Shown: positions 14,099 to 22,790 of the stretch, one piece after another
Position numbering within the stretch: position 1 is the stretch's first letter
Layout of the letters: each line of letters begins with the position of its first letter
NCBI RefSeq assembly: GCF_000275865.1
Contig: NZ_CM001555.1
Location: 1,676,967-1,700,966, forward strand
DNA length: 24,000 nt
From: Methanofollis liminatans DSM 4140
GTDB lineage: Archaea; Halobacteriota; Methanomicrobia; Methanomicrobiales; Methanofollaceae
Reading direction: 5' to 3'
The notes under the pieces: generated by a model
Told to the model about the DNA's origin: nothing
Databases searched by the model: none
Seen by the model: only the letters and a program-made list of their open reading frames with translations
Translations under genes and position numbers: made by a program

Positions 14099-15187
14099 TT
14101 AGGTCCGCCTGAGCAGCAGGAAGCCCGCCGCGCCGATCGCGACGACAATGAGCACGACCGCCGCAACCGGGAGGGGTTCGGCCGCTCCAGCAACCGGTTC
14201 ATCCTCCGCAGGCGCCGCGGTTCCGGCTGTCCCGGTCACGGCCGCCAGAGGTGCTCCGGTCTCAGGGGCGTCCACCGGGGCCGGGGTCGTCTCCACCGGG
14301 GTTATCGTGGTGTCGGGCGTGACGACCGGGACCGCACCTCCACTCCCACCGCCGCCGGGCGACGGTTTCGGCGCCGCGCCGAAGAGGCCGAAGGTCGAGA
14401 AGTGGTCGGTCTCGCCCCAGGCGACGTTCGCAGCGGTGTCGACGCCGCCGGGGAGCTGCTCCCAGGCGCCGGTCGTGCTCCACCAGTAGACCCTGATGGA
14501 GGACTCATCGATCCCGACGACGTCGGCGTCGGTGTAGTGGACCCGCACGATCACCGTCTGGATGTTGTCATTCCCGATCGTGCTCGTGATCTCGGCAAAC
14601 CGACCGACATCGCGGGTGCCCGGGGGGACGGGCTGGTCGTCCGGGGACGACGTGAAGAGGGTGAAGACGATCGTCTCGCCCTGGAAGTCCCCGGTCGTCG
14701 TCAGGACCGCCGAAGCCCCGCCGCCGTCGACGATAACCGACTGACCGCCGGTGGCGTTGACCGGCCGCGTCGTGCTCTCCTCGGGCCGCTCCTTCGGCAG
14801 GGCCGCGCTCGCCGTCAGGGTCAGGTTTGTGACGCCGCCGCTCTCAAAGAGCGCCGACTCCACCGCACGCACGCCGTCGATATAGAAGGTGATGTTCTTG
14901 CCCGGCTGCAGGGCGGGCGTCCAGACGACGAGTTTTGCGCCGCCGCCGTACGCCGTCCCGTACACTCCGGTCGGACCGACCAGGATCGTCCCGGCCTCGT
15001 TCCCCTCCACCGATGCGACGATGATCGAACCGGCCGGGGCATTCGAGCCGTCCGGGCCATAGACCTGCCCATAGAAGGCATGGGGGATCGTCGACGGGGC
15101 GCCCTCGCTCGCGAGCGCCGGGGCGACCAGGAGGCTCGCGGCGATGATGAGCGCCGCGATGATTGCGTGTGCTGGTATTCGCGTCAT
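14099..15187 (-). CDS. Secreted, C-terminally anchored surface protein with PGF-pre-PGF-type domain
   Basis: Signal peptide MTRIPAHAIIAALIIAASLLVAPALA. A domain ending VRVHYTDADVVGIDESSIRVYWWSTTGAWEQLPGGVDTAANVAWGETDHFSTFGLFG, which is the PGF-pre-PGF pattern. A Thr/Pro-rich linker follows, then a C-terminal TM helix with an RR tail. The start at ATG 15187 lies 7 nt after the upstream gene's stop. Confidence 0.8.
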   Translation of the reverse strand: MTRIPAHAIIAALIIAASLLVAPALASEGAPSTIPHAFYGQVYGPDGSNAPAGSIIVASVEGNEAGTILVGPTGVYGTAYGGGAKLVVWTPALQPGKNITFYIDGVRAVESALFESGGVTNLTLTASAALPKERPEESTTRPVNATGGQSVIVDGGGASAVLTTTGDFQGETIVFTLFTSSPDDQPVPPGTRDVGRFAEITSTIGNDNIQTVIVRVHYTDADVVGIDESSIRVYWWSTTGAWEQLPGGVDTAANVAWGETDHFSTFGLFGAAPKPSPGGGGSGGAVPVVTPDTTITPVETTPAPVDAPETGAPLAAVTGTAGTAAPAEDEPVAGAAEPLPVAAVVLIVVAIGAAGFLLLRRT

Positions 15188-15194
15188 GATTGCC

Positions 15195-18100
15195 TCACAG
15201 GTTCCACGCCCATTCGGGCATGGGGAGAGGGGTGGTGGAGAACCCGGCAAGGGTGGCGGGGTTCTCCATATAGACCCAGTAGCCGCAGGTGGCGTCCATA
15301 TCGGGTGCATCGTCCCCGCGGGTGAAGACCCAGGACTCGGGGTTGATCGACGGCGAGACGACGACGGTGTATCCGTCGCGGCCGTCAGGGGTGTACGCGA
15401 CGGTGGTCAGGGCTGTCGTGACCGACGTCCCGTAGGGCTCGCCCCACCAGAAGTACGCCTGGCCGATCGGCTCAGGGAGACCGACCAGGGCATAGGCCGG
15501 GCCGACCAGGTTCCACCCTGCCTCGAGGGTGCGGGTCGGCGGGCTCGTGACCTCCGGGCTGATCCGGACCGGCAGGCGGTCGTAGTCGTTCATCCTGACG
15601 TACACAGCATCGAGCGGGTTGATCGTGCTCGCATCGGTCACCTGGACCCAGCGCCCGGCACCGGCGTCCCAGGCATAGGCGACGGCGTAATCGAGGCCGT
15701 CGCCGAGGCCGGTGGCCGCCCCCCAGGTGGCGTTCTCAAGGGCCAGCGGGAACGAGAGGGTGTTCCATCCGGGCTCAAGCCCGGTGCGGTAACCGTCGCC
15801 GCCGATGAAGGGCGACCCGATCTCAAGCCCGAAGTACGACTTCCCGGTCTCCAGGACGACGTCCGCCGGCCTGGTCAGCCAGGGCTCGTACAGGGCGGCG
15901 CCGTAGACCGGGCTCCCTGTTCCGGGGCCGGTGCCAGACGGCCCGCTGGCGTCGCCCCACCAGTTGTGGGTGGCATAGGGCTCGTAGACCTCCCCGTCAT
16001 AGGAGTACGGGAAACCTGCATAGCCGTTGTTGATGGTGTTGAAGGTGGCGTCGCCGCCCACCGAGAGGATACCAAGGTCCAGGCCGATGAGCTGGGTCTC
16101 GCCGTCCACCCGGTCGCCCCGGCACATGCCCACCAGGGCTGCCCATGCCTCACCGTCCACGGTGTTCGCGTCGATATACGAGGGGTTCAGGCTGACGATG
16201 CCGACGTTGATCACCCCGATAACGCCGAGAATACCGGCGTCTTCGAGGAGCTCCTCAGTCGCCGCCTCGACAGTTCCTTCGGCGTTCGCCGCCGTGAAGA
16301 CGGTGTTGTTCGTGATGCACGAACGCAGGGTCACGATACCCCCGGAGGCGGCGATCCCCAGGTTTGCAGCCCCGGCACCGGGCAGGCCGGAGCCTGCCGC
16401 CAGGATGACAGGATCAGAGAGGTCCGTGACCTCTGCAACGGCCATGCTGTTCTGGCTTGCGACGGCGCTGACGGTGTTGTCCAGCACACTGGCCTCGGGT
16501 GCGACGATACCGAAACTCGCCGCGGCACCGACCGCCGCAGAGAGGGCATGGGAAGAGCCGTCAAGAGGCGGGTCGAGCAGCATCCCGGCGAGCGAGGCGA
16601 CGTTGATCTCGTCGGTGACCGAGACCGTGTTGCCCTGGATCACGTCGCCGAAGGCGTCGTCCATCGTGGGAGGAACGGGGGCGTAGGTCCCGGCGTCCAG
16701 GATCGTGCCGGCATCGAGGACGATGCCGACGCCCACGCCCGCCGTGGCCGCAACGCTGAGGGCTATCCGGTCCTTTACCAGGGCGACCGCCTCGGCGATC
16801 GCCTCCGTGGTCTGCAGGACGGTGATGTTGTTGCCCTGGACCAGGCTCTCATCGCCGTCTGCACAGATACCCGCCGCGAGGAAGAGGTGAGCGGTGCCGG
16901 CCGCCGCGTCCGAGGTCTCGATATCGCTTCCAGAGGCGATGTTCAGGTATATGCCGGAGGTGCCCACCTCGACGGTGTTCTCCGCCAGCCTGGCCGCATC
17001 GCTCGTCCCGATGATGCCGAAGGAGGTCACGAGACCGGCAGATCCGGCGGCGGCGTCGGGCACATCGGCGTTCTCGCTCTCGGCGACGGCGATCCCGATG
17101 CTCGAGGTCAGGACCGAGAAGGTGTTCTCATAGACCTGCGTCTCACCTTCGGCAGTGTAGAGGAGGCCGTAGTTCATCGAGACCGGGACGGCGGCTGCAA
17201 GCCTGGTCCCGTTCAGGAACCCGAACAGCTCATCGCTCTCAAGGATCTCCTGGTAACCGGCGATGATCTCGTCCACGCCGGATCCCGCGGGGAAGAGGCC
17301 GTCGGTCTCGGCATAGAGTGCAAGGGCGTCGGCGTCGCCGTTGATGACGGCGTCGGTGATCGCCGCCCTCTCCTCTACGGAGAGGTTCTGCCACGCATCG
17401 CCGTTCTCGTCGATGAGGCTGAGGACAGCGGCCTGCTGCATCTGTTCGCCGGCAAAGGCCTGCTCGATGAGCCCGAGCGGCATGGCACCCTCACAGAGTG
17501 CCGCCGCCTCCTCCTCTCCGACCGGCAGGCTGGATACAAGGGAGAGGGCGTTCAGGGAGACCGGGACGATGTTGCGGCAGACCGTCGGGTCCACGACGTC
17601 TTCGAGGACGATGCCGGCCGTCACCGTGCGGACCTGGGCGAGGCACACCTCGTCGATACGGGGTTCGAAGGCAAGGGCGCTGCTCAGATCGACGTCCAGG
17701 CCTTCAACCTCCTCGAAGGCGGAGAGAGCAGAGGCGCGGTTCTCCTTTGCATCCATCACGGCGGCGTACCTGGCCTGAAGGTCGCTGTTATCCGCAAGGG
17801 CGTCGCCGAACACGCCGGAGAGCGGACCAAGAAACGTCATGCTCTGCGCCGAAACAGAGACCGCGTTCCCGTCGACTACCGGGCTCTGGACGGGTTCATC
17901 CCACCAGCCCCGGACAGAGATGCCGGTCATCATGAGTTCGCCGGCGATGCCCGCAAAGGGTTCGTCCGGCGTCCCCCCGTCATGGGCGAACACGCCGCCG
18001 AAGGTCTCGACGACATTCTCCAGGATCTCGGGTTCGTCGCTCTCATAGACATCGATGCCGTTTACGCTGCCGGACACCCGGAGCAGGTCGTCATCACCGT

Positions 18101-19448
18101 CGCGGGTCCGGTCCCGGATCGTCATACTCTCCACGACGGCGACGTTCTCGCTCACCCGGCACGCGTCGCACTCCTCGAGATAGATGCCCTCGACCGCCAC
18201 GCGGCAGGTCTCGGGCGACCCGCTGGCAGAGAGGGTATAGGAGATGTCGTTCCTGGTGACCTGGGCCCTGACGGATTCAAAGGCCGTGATGCCGGCCGGT
18301 CTCATCCGCCCGTCGTTCCCGCCGGTGCTGGCGCATTCTACCTCCACAGAGACGGTATTGTTGAGGACCCGCCCCTTCTCGGCCCAACCGAGACGGATGC
18401 CGACCGGCTGGACGATGCTGGATACGGTGCTGATCTCGACGGTGTTGCCCTCGATGAGGGTGAGGTCGCCGGCGCCGTGGATGCCGAGCGTCCGGGTTCT
18501 GTTGGGTGCAAGCCCGACGACGGTGACCTCATTCTCGATGATTGAGGCACTTTCCGAGTCGCAGGACCTGATCCCCCATACGTCGGCAGAGACGTAGACC
18601 CCTTCAACCTCGTCGCCGAGACCCATGGAGACGACCTGGTTGCCCTCGACGAGAACAGAGGGGCTCTCCAGGACCGTGACACCGTCGGGCGCCAGTGATA
18701 GGTACTGCTCCTCTTCTATGGTGGAGAGCGGTTTGTTATCCTCAGGAACGAGGGCGGCAAGGACCAGGTTGACGGCGCCCACCTCGACCGGCCCAACCTC
18801 CGGGGCCCGTGAGGCGGCAAGGATGCGGTTGTCGCGGACGCGGGCTTCAGGCGCCCTGTCGAGGGTGACACCCATCTGGTGGCCTGATCCCATGACAAGC
18901 ACCATGTTGTCGCCGATGCAGGCCCCCGCGCCGTCCTCGACGAGAATGCCGCAGGTGTCCGGGGCGGCATCGTTGAGGAGAGAGACGTAGTTGTGCTCGA
19001 GGGAGACGGCATCGGCGCCATGGGCGAAGATGCCGATCTCGGTGGCGTTGGCGACCTCAAAACCGCTGAAGGTGACGTTATCCGCGGTGATCTCGACACC
19101 GATCGCCTCGCCGGGGACGTCGAGGATCGGTATCCCCTCATCGAGGGCGGTCAGTGCGGAGACGCCCAGGACGCTCATGCTCCGGTCGATCACGAGAGCC
19201 TCGCGGTATGTCCCGTTATGGACCCATACCTCGCCGCCCGTCGCCACGCCGTCTATGGCCTCCTGGATGCTGGAGAAGTTTAAGTAACCGTAGTCGGGCG
19301 TCTGGTCAGTGTACGATTCGTTCACGGCGACCCTGTCAGGCAGGGCCACCGCAGCTGCCGGTGCCGTCAGCATCACGCAGAAGAGCACCATCAGCGCAAA
19401 AAGAAGTCTTGGATGGAGAAGTATCCCCACCCCGGGGGCTTTAACCAT
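15195..19448 (-). CDS. Giant secreted right-handed beta-helix (PbH1/NosD-like repeat) surface protein, about 1417 aa
   Basis: The N-terminal signal peptide is MVKAPGVGILLHPRLLFALMVLFCVMLTAPAAAVA. Many x-N-T-V-x-V beta-helix rungs are present (ENTVEV, GNTVSV, NNTVSVEV, GNTVEIS). An AGGTGAT Shine-Dalgarno sequence sits 4 nt upstream of ATG 19448. There is no C-terminal anchor. Confidence 0.85.
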   Translation of the reverse strand: MVKAPGVGILLHPRLLFALMVLFCVMLTAPAAAVALPDRVAVNESYTDQTPDYGYLNFSSIQEAIDGVATGGEVWVHNGTYREALVIDRSMSVLGVSALTALDEGIPILDVPGEAIGVEITADNVTFSGFEVANATEIGIFAHGADAVSLEHNYVSLLNDAAPDTCGILVEDGAGACIGDNMVLVMGSGHQMGVTLDRAPEARVRDNRILAASRAPEVGPVEVGAVNLVLAALVPEDNKPLSTIEEEQYLSLAPDGVTVLESPSVLVEGNQVVSMGLGDEVEGVYVSADVWGIRSCDSESASIIENEVTVVGLAPNRTRTLGIHGAGDLTLIEGNTVEISTVSSIVQPVGIRLGWAEKGRVLNNTVSVEVECASTGGNDGRMRPAGITAFESVRAQVTRNDISYTLSASGSPETCRVAVEGIYLEECDACRVSENVAVVESMTIRDRTRDGDDDLLRVSGSVNGIDVYESDEPEILENVVETFGGVFAHDGGTPDEPFAGIAGELMMTGISVRGWWDEPVQSPVVDGNAVSVSAQSMTFLGPLSGVFGDALADNSDLQARYAAVMDAKENRASALSAFEEVEGLDVDLSSALAFEPRIDEVCLAQVRTVTAGIVLEDVVDPTVCRNIVPVSLNALSLVSSLPVGEEEAAALCEGAMPLGLIEQAFAGEQMQQAAVLSLIDENGDAWQNLSVEERAAITDAVINGDADALALYAETDGLFPAGSGVDEIIAGYQEILESDELFGFLNGTRLAAAVPVSMNYGLLYTAEGETQVYENTFSVLTSSIGIAVAESENADVPDAAAGSAGLVTSFGIIGTSDAARLAENTVEVGTSGIYLNIASGSDIETSDAAAGTAHLFLAAGICADGDESLVQGNNITVLQTTEAIAEAVALVKDRIALSVAATAGVGVGIVLDAGTILDAGTYAPVPPTMDDAFGDVIQGNTVSVTDEINVASLAGMLLDPPLDGSSHALSAAVGAAASFGIVAPEASVLDNTVSAVASQNSMAVAEVTDLSDPVILAAGSGLPGAGAANLGIAASGGIVTLRSCITNNTVFTAANAEGTVEAATEELLEDAGILGVIGVINVGIVSLNPSYIDANTVDGEAWAALVGMCRGDRVDGETQLIGLDLGILSVGGDATFNTINNGYAGFPYSYDGEVYEPYATHNWWGDASGPSGTGPGTGSPVYGAALYEPWLTRPADVVLETGKSYFGLEIGSPFIGGDGYRTGLEPGWNTLSFPLALENATWGAATGLGDGLDYAVAYAWDAGAGRWVQVTDASTINPLDAVYVRMNDYDRLPVRISPEVTSPPTRTLEAGWNLVGPAYALVGLPEPIGQAYFWWGEPYGTSVTTALTTVAYTPDGRDGYTVVVSPSINPESWVFTRGDDAPDMDATCGYWVYMENPATLAGFSTTPLPMPEWAWNL

Positions 19449-19457
19449 GTCTATCAC

Positions 19458-19560
19458 CTAACTATGAGATTGTGCGAGATTCTTTAATCCATAATATTTA
19501 GATATATTGAAATTTTAAATGCGATAATACCGATTTTTTATGAATGTTGTTGTATTTTGG
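19458..19560 (-). promoter_or_regulatory. AT-rich promoter/5'-UTR region of the giant surface-protein gene
   Basis: There is a sharp local GC drop, to roughly 30% by eye. Several TATA-like boxes lie on the minus strand (CATTTAAAATTTC, ATATATCTAAATATT). This resembles strong S-layer-type promoters. Confidence 0.5.
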
Positions 19561-19693
19561 CGGTAGATTCTCGAAATAGTTTGACATAGCGCATACTCCG
19601 GAGGAGGGGCCTGGTACTTCTCTCATTTTGACAGCCGACATCGAGCGATCTGGTCTCACGCGACGACTCAAAACGGCGTTAGCAGCACCCGAA

Positions 19694-19778
19694 CTTCGCG
19701 GCTTCGCGTTCTATAGCATGATTTTTTTGTCATTTTTTTCTGGAAAACTCACGCTATAGTCCGCGAAGATGCGCGAAG
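19694..19778. repeat. Composite inverted repeat built from CTTCGCG units, with a T-rich apical loop
   Basis: The left arm CTTCGCG-G-CTTCGCG-TT-CTATAGC (19694..19717) pairs with GCTATAG-TC-CGCGAAG-ATG-CGCGAAG (19753..19778) as three 7-bp helices. The 35-nt loop carries two T7 runs on the plus strand (19722..19728 and 19733..19739). Confidence 0.8.
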
Positions 19779-19830
19779 GGAAGGTGATGGTTTGATCTCC
19801 GGATGGCTGTCTCAAACATGTTGGCGAAGT
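19772..19830 (-). repeat. Copy B of the 59-nt repeat (partner at 13983..14041)
   Basis: The minus strand reads ACTTCGCCAACATGTTTGAGACAGCCATCCGGAGATCAAACCATCACCTTCCCTTCGCG, 85% identical to copy A. It lies just 3' of the cupin gene's oligo-T tract, as copy A lies just 3' of the tRNA's oligo-T tract. Confidence 0.85.
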
Positions 19831-19841
19831 ACGGGGGCTGG

Positions 19842-19848
19842 AAAAAAA
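19842..19848 (-). terminator. Oligo-T (T7 on the minus strand) after the cupin gene
   Basis: The plus strand GGAAAAAAAGA lies 22 nt downstream (minus-strand sense) of the cupin stop at 19870. Confidence 0.55.
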
Positions 19849-19869
19849 GATGGTTGCGTCCAGGCAGAC

Positions 19870-20274
19870 CTACTCGGTCGTCTTCCCGTCGAAATGCTCT
19901 TCCTGTGCCATGGCCTCCGCACGGGTCCGGCGGACGACGCCGTCCTGGTGCTCGGGCGGCGAGTAGATTGTGTAAAGCTTGAGGTTTGCGGTCTTCGAGG
20001 TGTTTATGACGTTGTGCAGCGCCCCGTTCGGGACGATCACGGCGTTGCCGTCCTTAACGGCGTGCGCGACGCCGTCGATCACGACCGACCCCTCGCCTTC
20101 CTCGAACCGGAAGAACTGGTCGACGTCGTCGTGCACCTCCTCGCCGATCTCCTCGCCGGGCTCAAGGCACATCAGCACGAGCTGGCTGAACCGCCCGGTA
20201 TAGAGGACTTTGCGGAAGTTGGTGTTCTTTACCGTCTCGGTCTCGATATCTGCGACAAATCCTTTCTTCATCAC
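19870..20274 (-). CDS. Cupin-domain protein (small single-domain cupin_2 type)
   Basis: 134-aa ORF. NFRKVLYTGRFSQLVLMCLEPGEEIGEEVH...DQFFRFEEGEG...VIVPNGALHNVINT is the two-motif cupin pattern. A GGGAGGGA Shine-Dalgarno sequence sits upstream. Confidence 0.85.
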   Translation of the reverse strand: MMKKGFVADIETETVKNTNFRKVLYTGRFSQLVLMCLEPGEEIGEEVHDDVDQFFRFEEGEGSVVIDGVAHAVKDGNAVIVPNGALHNVINTSKTANLKLYTIYSPPEHQDGVVRRTRAEAMAQEEHFDGKTTE

Positions 20275-20329
20275 TGTTCCCTCCCGGGATGATCCTCTCT
20301 GCTGCGCCGCGAGTATTTGAGGGTTCAGG

Positions 20330-21175
20330 TCATCCCCGGCATCCCCGGTGGGTCACCTCTCCCTCGGCCGCAACCCGCCCGGTGATCATGATCGTCCGGT
20401 CCTCGACCGGGACCGCTTTCCCCGAGCGCTGCAGGGCCCGGTCCACGACATGGCGCACCCCGCCGCAGCAGGGCACCTCCATGTGCAGGACGGTCACCGA
20501 GCGGATCGTGTGCCGCGAGAAGATCTCGGCGAGTTTTGCGACGTAACCCTCGATATCAGCGTCCAGCTTCGGGCAGAAGAGGAGCAGGACCCTGCCCCGC
20601 AGGAAGTCCCGGTGGAAACCGGCATAGGCAAAGGGGACGCAGTCGCCGGAGACAAGGAGGTCGGCGTCGTCGAAGTACGAGGCCGCGGGGTTGACGAGGG
20701 AGAGCTGGATCGGCCATTGCCGCAGTTCCGACGCCATCGTCCCGCGGTCCTGTGGGGCCGTGTCAGGGAGGGTCCGCACCGCAGACCCCGGACAGGCCGC
20801 CGGGGCGCCGGGGGTGCTGTGCGAGGGGACCGGGACGGCGTGTTCGGTCAGGTAGCCGACCGCCTGGCGGTAGAGTTCTTCCTCCCCGTGGCCGAGGAGG
20901 TGCTCCAGGTGCGCCCGGATCACCGCCTCGCCCTGCGGGACGATCTTCGCCATCACGGCCCGCTCGTCGTACGGGCCGGCCTCCCGCTCGACGACGCGGA
21001 TCGCTCCCTCAGGGCAGGTCCCGATGCAGGCGCCGAGGCCGTCGCAGAAGAGGTCGCTCACCAGCCGCGCCTTCCCCTCGATGACCTGGAGCGCCCCTTC
21101 GGGGCAGTCAGGGATGCAGAGCCCGCACCCGGTGCACTTCTCCTCGTCGATCTCGATGATCTTTCTCTTCACCAT
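20330..21175 (-). CDS. 4Fe-4S dicluster-domain protein with a conserved Cys-containing C-terminal domain
   Basis: The N-terminus has CTGCGLCIPDCP and CDGLGACIGTCP. The C-terminal region reads QWPIQLSLVNP...GDCVPFAY...FCPKLD...LHMEVPCCGG, a pattern I recognise from uncharacterised ferredoxin-like proteins of anaerobes. The specific function is unknown. Confidence 0.8.
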   Translation of the reverse strand: MVKRKIIEIDEEKCTGCGLCIPDCPEGALQVIEGKARLVSDLFCDGLGACIGTCPEGAIRVVEREAGPYDERAVMAKIVPQGEAVIRAHLEHLLGHGEEELYRQAVGYLTEHAVPVPSHSTPGAPAACPGSAVRTLPDTAPQDRGTMASELRQWPIQLSLVNPAASYFDDADLLVSGDCVPFAYAGFHRDFLRGRVLLLFCPKLDADIEGYVAKLAEIFSRHTIRSVTVLHMEVPCCGGVRHVVDRALQRSGKAVPVEDRTIMITGRVAAEGEVTHRGCRG

Positions 21176-21240
21176 GATACTCCAGATACCTCCCTGTTAG
21201 CGCAAAAACATTTGTGATCCGGCCGCCGGGTTTCGGGCAA

Positions 21241-21250
21241 GGTTTAAATC
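21241..21250 (+). promoter_or_regulatory. TATA-like element (GGTTTAAATC) for the catalase gene
   Basis: It lies in the 139-bp divergent intergenic region, about 65-74 nt upstream of ATG 21315. This implies a 5' UTR of about 40 nt. Confidence 0.45.
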
Positions 21251-21314
21251 AGCCCGGGGATAGTTTCCATCATACACCTCGCGGCCCCGCCCGCTAAAGA
21301 TCGAGGGATGACCT

Positions 21315-22772
21315 ATGGAAAACAAGAATAAACTGACAACGGCCGCCGGCGCACCGGTGGGGGACAACCAGAACGCCATGACGGCCGGGCCCCGCGGCCC
21401 GATGCTGCTGCAGGACGTCTGGTACATGGAGAAACTCGCCCACTTCGACCGCGAAGTGATCCCGGAACGGCGCATGCACGCCAAGGGGTCGGGCGCCTTC
21501 GGGACGTTCACCGTCACCCACGACATCACCCGGTACACAAAGGCAAAGGTCTTCTCGGATATCGGGAAGAAGACCGATGTATTCGTCCGCTTCTCGACCG
21601 TGGCCGGGGAGCGCGGCGCCGCCGACGCAGAGCGCGATATCCGCGGCTTTGCGATGAAGTTTTACACCGAGGAGGGGAACTGGGACCTGGTCGGGAACAA
21701 CACCCCGGTCTTCTTCCTCCGCGACCCCCACAAGTTCCCTGACCTCAACCGGGCGGTCAAGCGCGACCCCAGGACCAACATGCGTTCGCCCACGAACAAC
21801 TGGGATTTCTGGACCTCCCTGCCCGAGGCGCTCCACCAGGTGACGATCACCATGAGCGACCGCGGCATCCCCCTCTCCTACCGCCACATGCACGGTTTTA
21901 GCAGCCACGCGTACAGCATGGTCAACGCCGGGAACGAGCGTGTCTGGGTGAAGTTCCACCTGCACACCCAGCAGGGGATCAAGAACCTCACCGACCAGGA
22001 GGCGGCGGAGATCGTCGCAAAGGACCGCGAGAGCAACCAGCGCGACCTGATGGAGAGCATCGACCGGGGCGACTTCCCGCGCTGGACGATGTTTATCCAG
22101 GTGATGACCCAGGAGCAGGCGAAGGCGATGCCGTACAACCCCTTCGACCTGACCAAGGTCTGGTACAAGGGGGAATATCCCCTGATCGAGGTCGGCGTCC
22201 TCGAACTGAACCGGAACCCGGACAACTATTTCCAGGACGTGGAGCAGGCGGCGTTCAACCCGGCCGCGGCGGTGCCGGGGATCGGGTTCTCGCCGGATAA
22301 GATGCTGCAGGGGCGCCTCTTCTCCTACGGCGACGCACAGCGCTACCGCCTGGGGGTCAACCACCACCAGATCCCGGTCAACCGCCCGAGGTGTTATGCA
22401 AACCCCTCGCACCGCGACGGCCAGATGCGGGTGGACGGCAATGCCGGGTCCACCGTGGGCTATGAGCCGAACAGCTTCGGGGCGTGGCAGGAGCAGCCCG
22501 GGTATCGGGAGCCGTTCCTGGAGCTCTCGGGCGACGGGGGCGCCTGGAACTTCCGCGAGGACGATGCAGATTATTACACCCAGCCCGGCAAACTCTTCCG
22601 CCTGATGAGCCCTGAGCAGCAGCAGGTGCTCTGCGAGAACACGGCGCGGGCGATGGAGGGTGTGCCCGAGTTCATCAAGATCCGGCATATCAACAACTGC
22701 ATGCAGGCCGATCCGGCCTATGGAAAGGGCGTGGCAGACGCCCTGGGGATCCCGATGGACCGGGTGGAGTGA
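21315..22772 (+). CDS. katE: Monofunctional heme catalase (small-subunit type)
   Basis: Unmistakable catalase motifs: [20 protein letters not shown] (distal His), [44 protein letters not shown], and [14 protein letters not shown] (proximal Tyr). Confidence 0.95.
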   Translation: MENKNKLTTAAGAPVGDNQNAMTAGPRGPMLLQDVWYMEKLAHFDREVIPERRMHAKGSGAFGTFTVTHDITRYTKAKVFSDIGKKTDVFVRFSTVAGERGAADAERDIRGFAMKFYTEEGNWDLVGNNTPVFFLRDPHKFPDLNRAVKRDPRTNMRSPTNNWDFWTSLPEALHQVTITMSDRGIPLSYRHMHGFSSHAYSMVNAGNERVWVKFHLHTQQGIKNLTDQEAAEIVAKDRESNQRDLMESIDRGDFPRWTMFIQVMTQEQAKAMPYNPFDLTKVWYKGEYPLIEVGVLELNRNPDNYFQDVEQAAFNPAAAVPGIGFSPDKMLQGRLFSYGDAQRYRLGVNHHQIPVNRPRCYANPSHRDGQMRVDGNAGSTVGYEPNSFGAWQEQPGYREPFLELSGDGGAWNFREDDADYYTQPGKLFRLMSPEQQQVLCENTARAMEGVPEFIKIRHINNCMQADPAYGKGVADALGIPMDRVE

Positions 22773-22783
22773 GCCCACCAACC

Positions 22784-22789
22784 TTTTTT
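22784..22789 (+). terminator. Oligo-T (T6) after the catalase gene
   Basis: ACCTTTTTTC lies 12 nt after the catalase stop, in the 18-nt gap to the convergent radical SAM gene. Confidence 0.5.
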
Positions 22790-22790
22790 C

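Noticed and set aside
15188-15310. A 41-aa N-terminal extension of the PGF-pre-PGF protein ORF
   Set aside because: It overlaps the 3' end of the giant surface gene and is Pro-rich. A canonical signal peptide starts at Met42 (ATG 15187).
15144-18545. A 1133-aa plus-strand ORF, the longest plus-strand ORF in the track
   Set aside because: It is antisense to the giant surface-protein gene. Its translation is Arg/Gly/Asp/Pro-rich low complexity with no recognisable domain or signal, which is typical of the stop-poor antisense frame in high-GC DNA. The minus-strand product has a signal peptide, regular beta-helix rungs and a proper Shine-Dalgarno/ATG.
13862-19830. The idea that the surface-protein locus is an integrative element inserted at tRNA-Glu
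   Set aside because: There is no integrase or recombinase ORF. I saw no direct repeat of the tRNA 3' end at the far border; the far-border repeat matches sequence downstream of the tRNA and is inverted. The genes have the same high GC3 as their surroundings. The repeat pair is reported as a finding without this interpretation.
21294-22781. A 495-aa minus-strand ORF covering the catalase region
   Set aside because: It is antisense to a sequence whose plus-strand translation carries every hallmark catalase motif. The minus-strand product is Arg/Pro/Leu/His-rich with no motifs.
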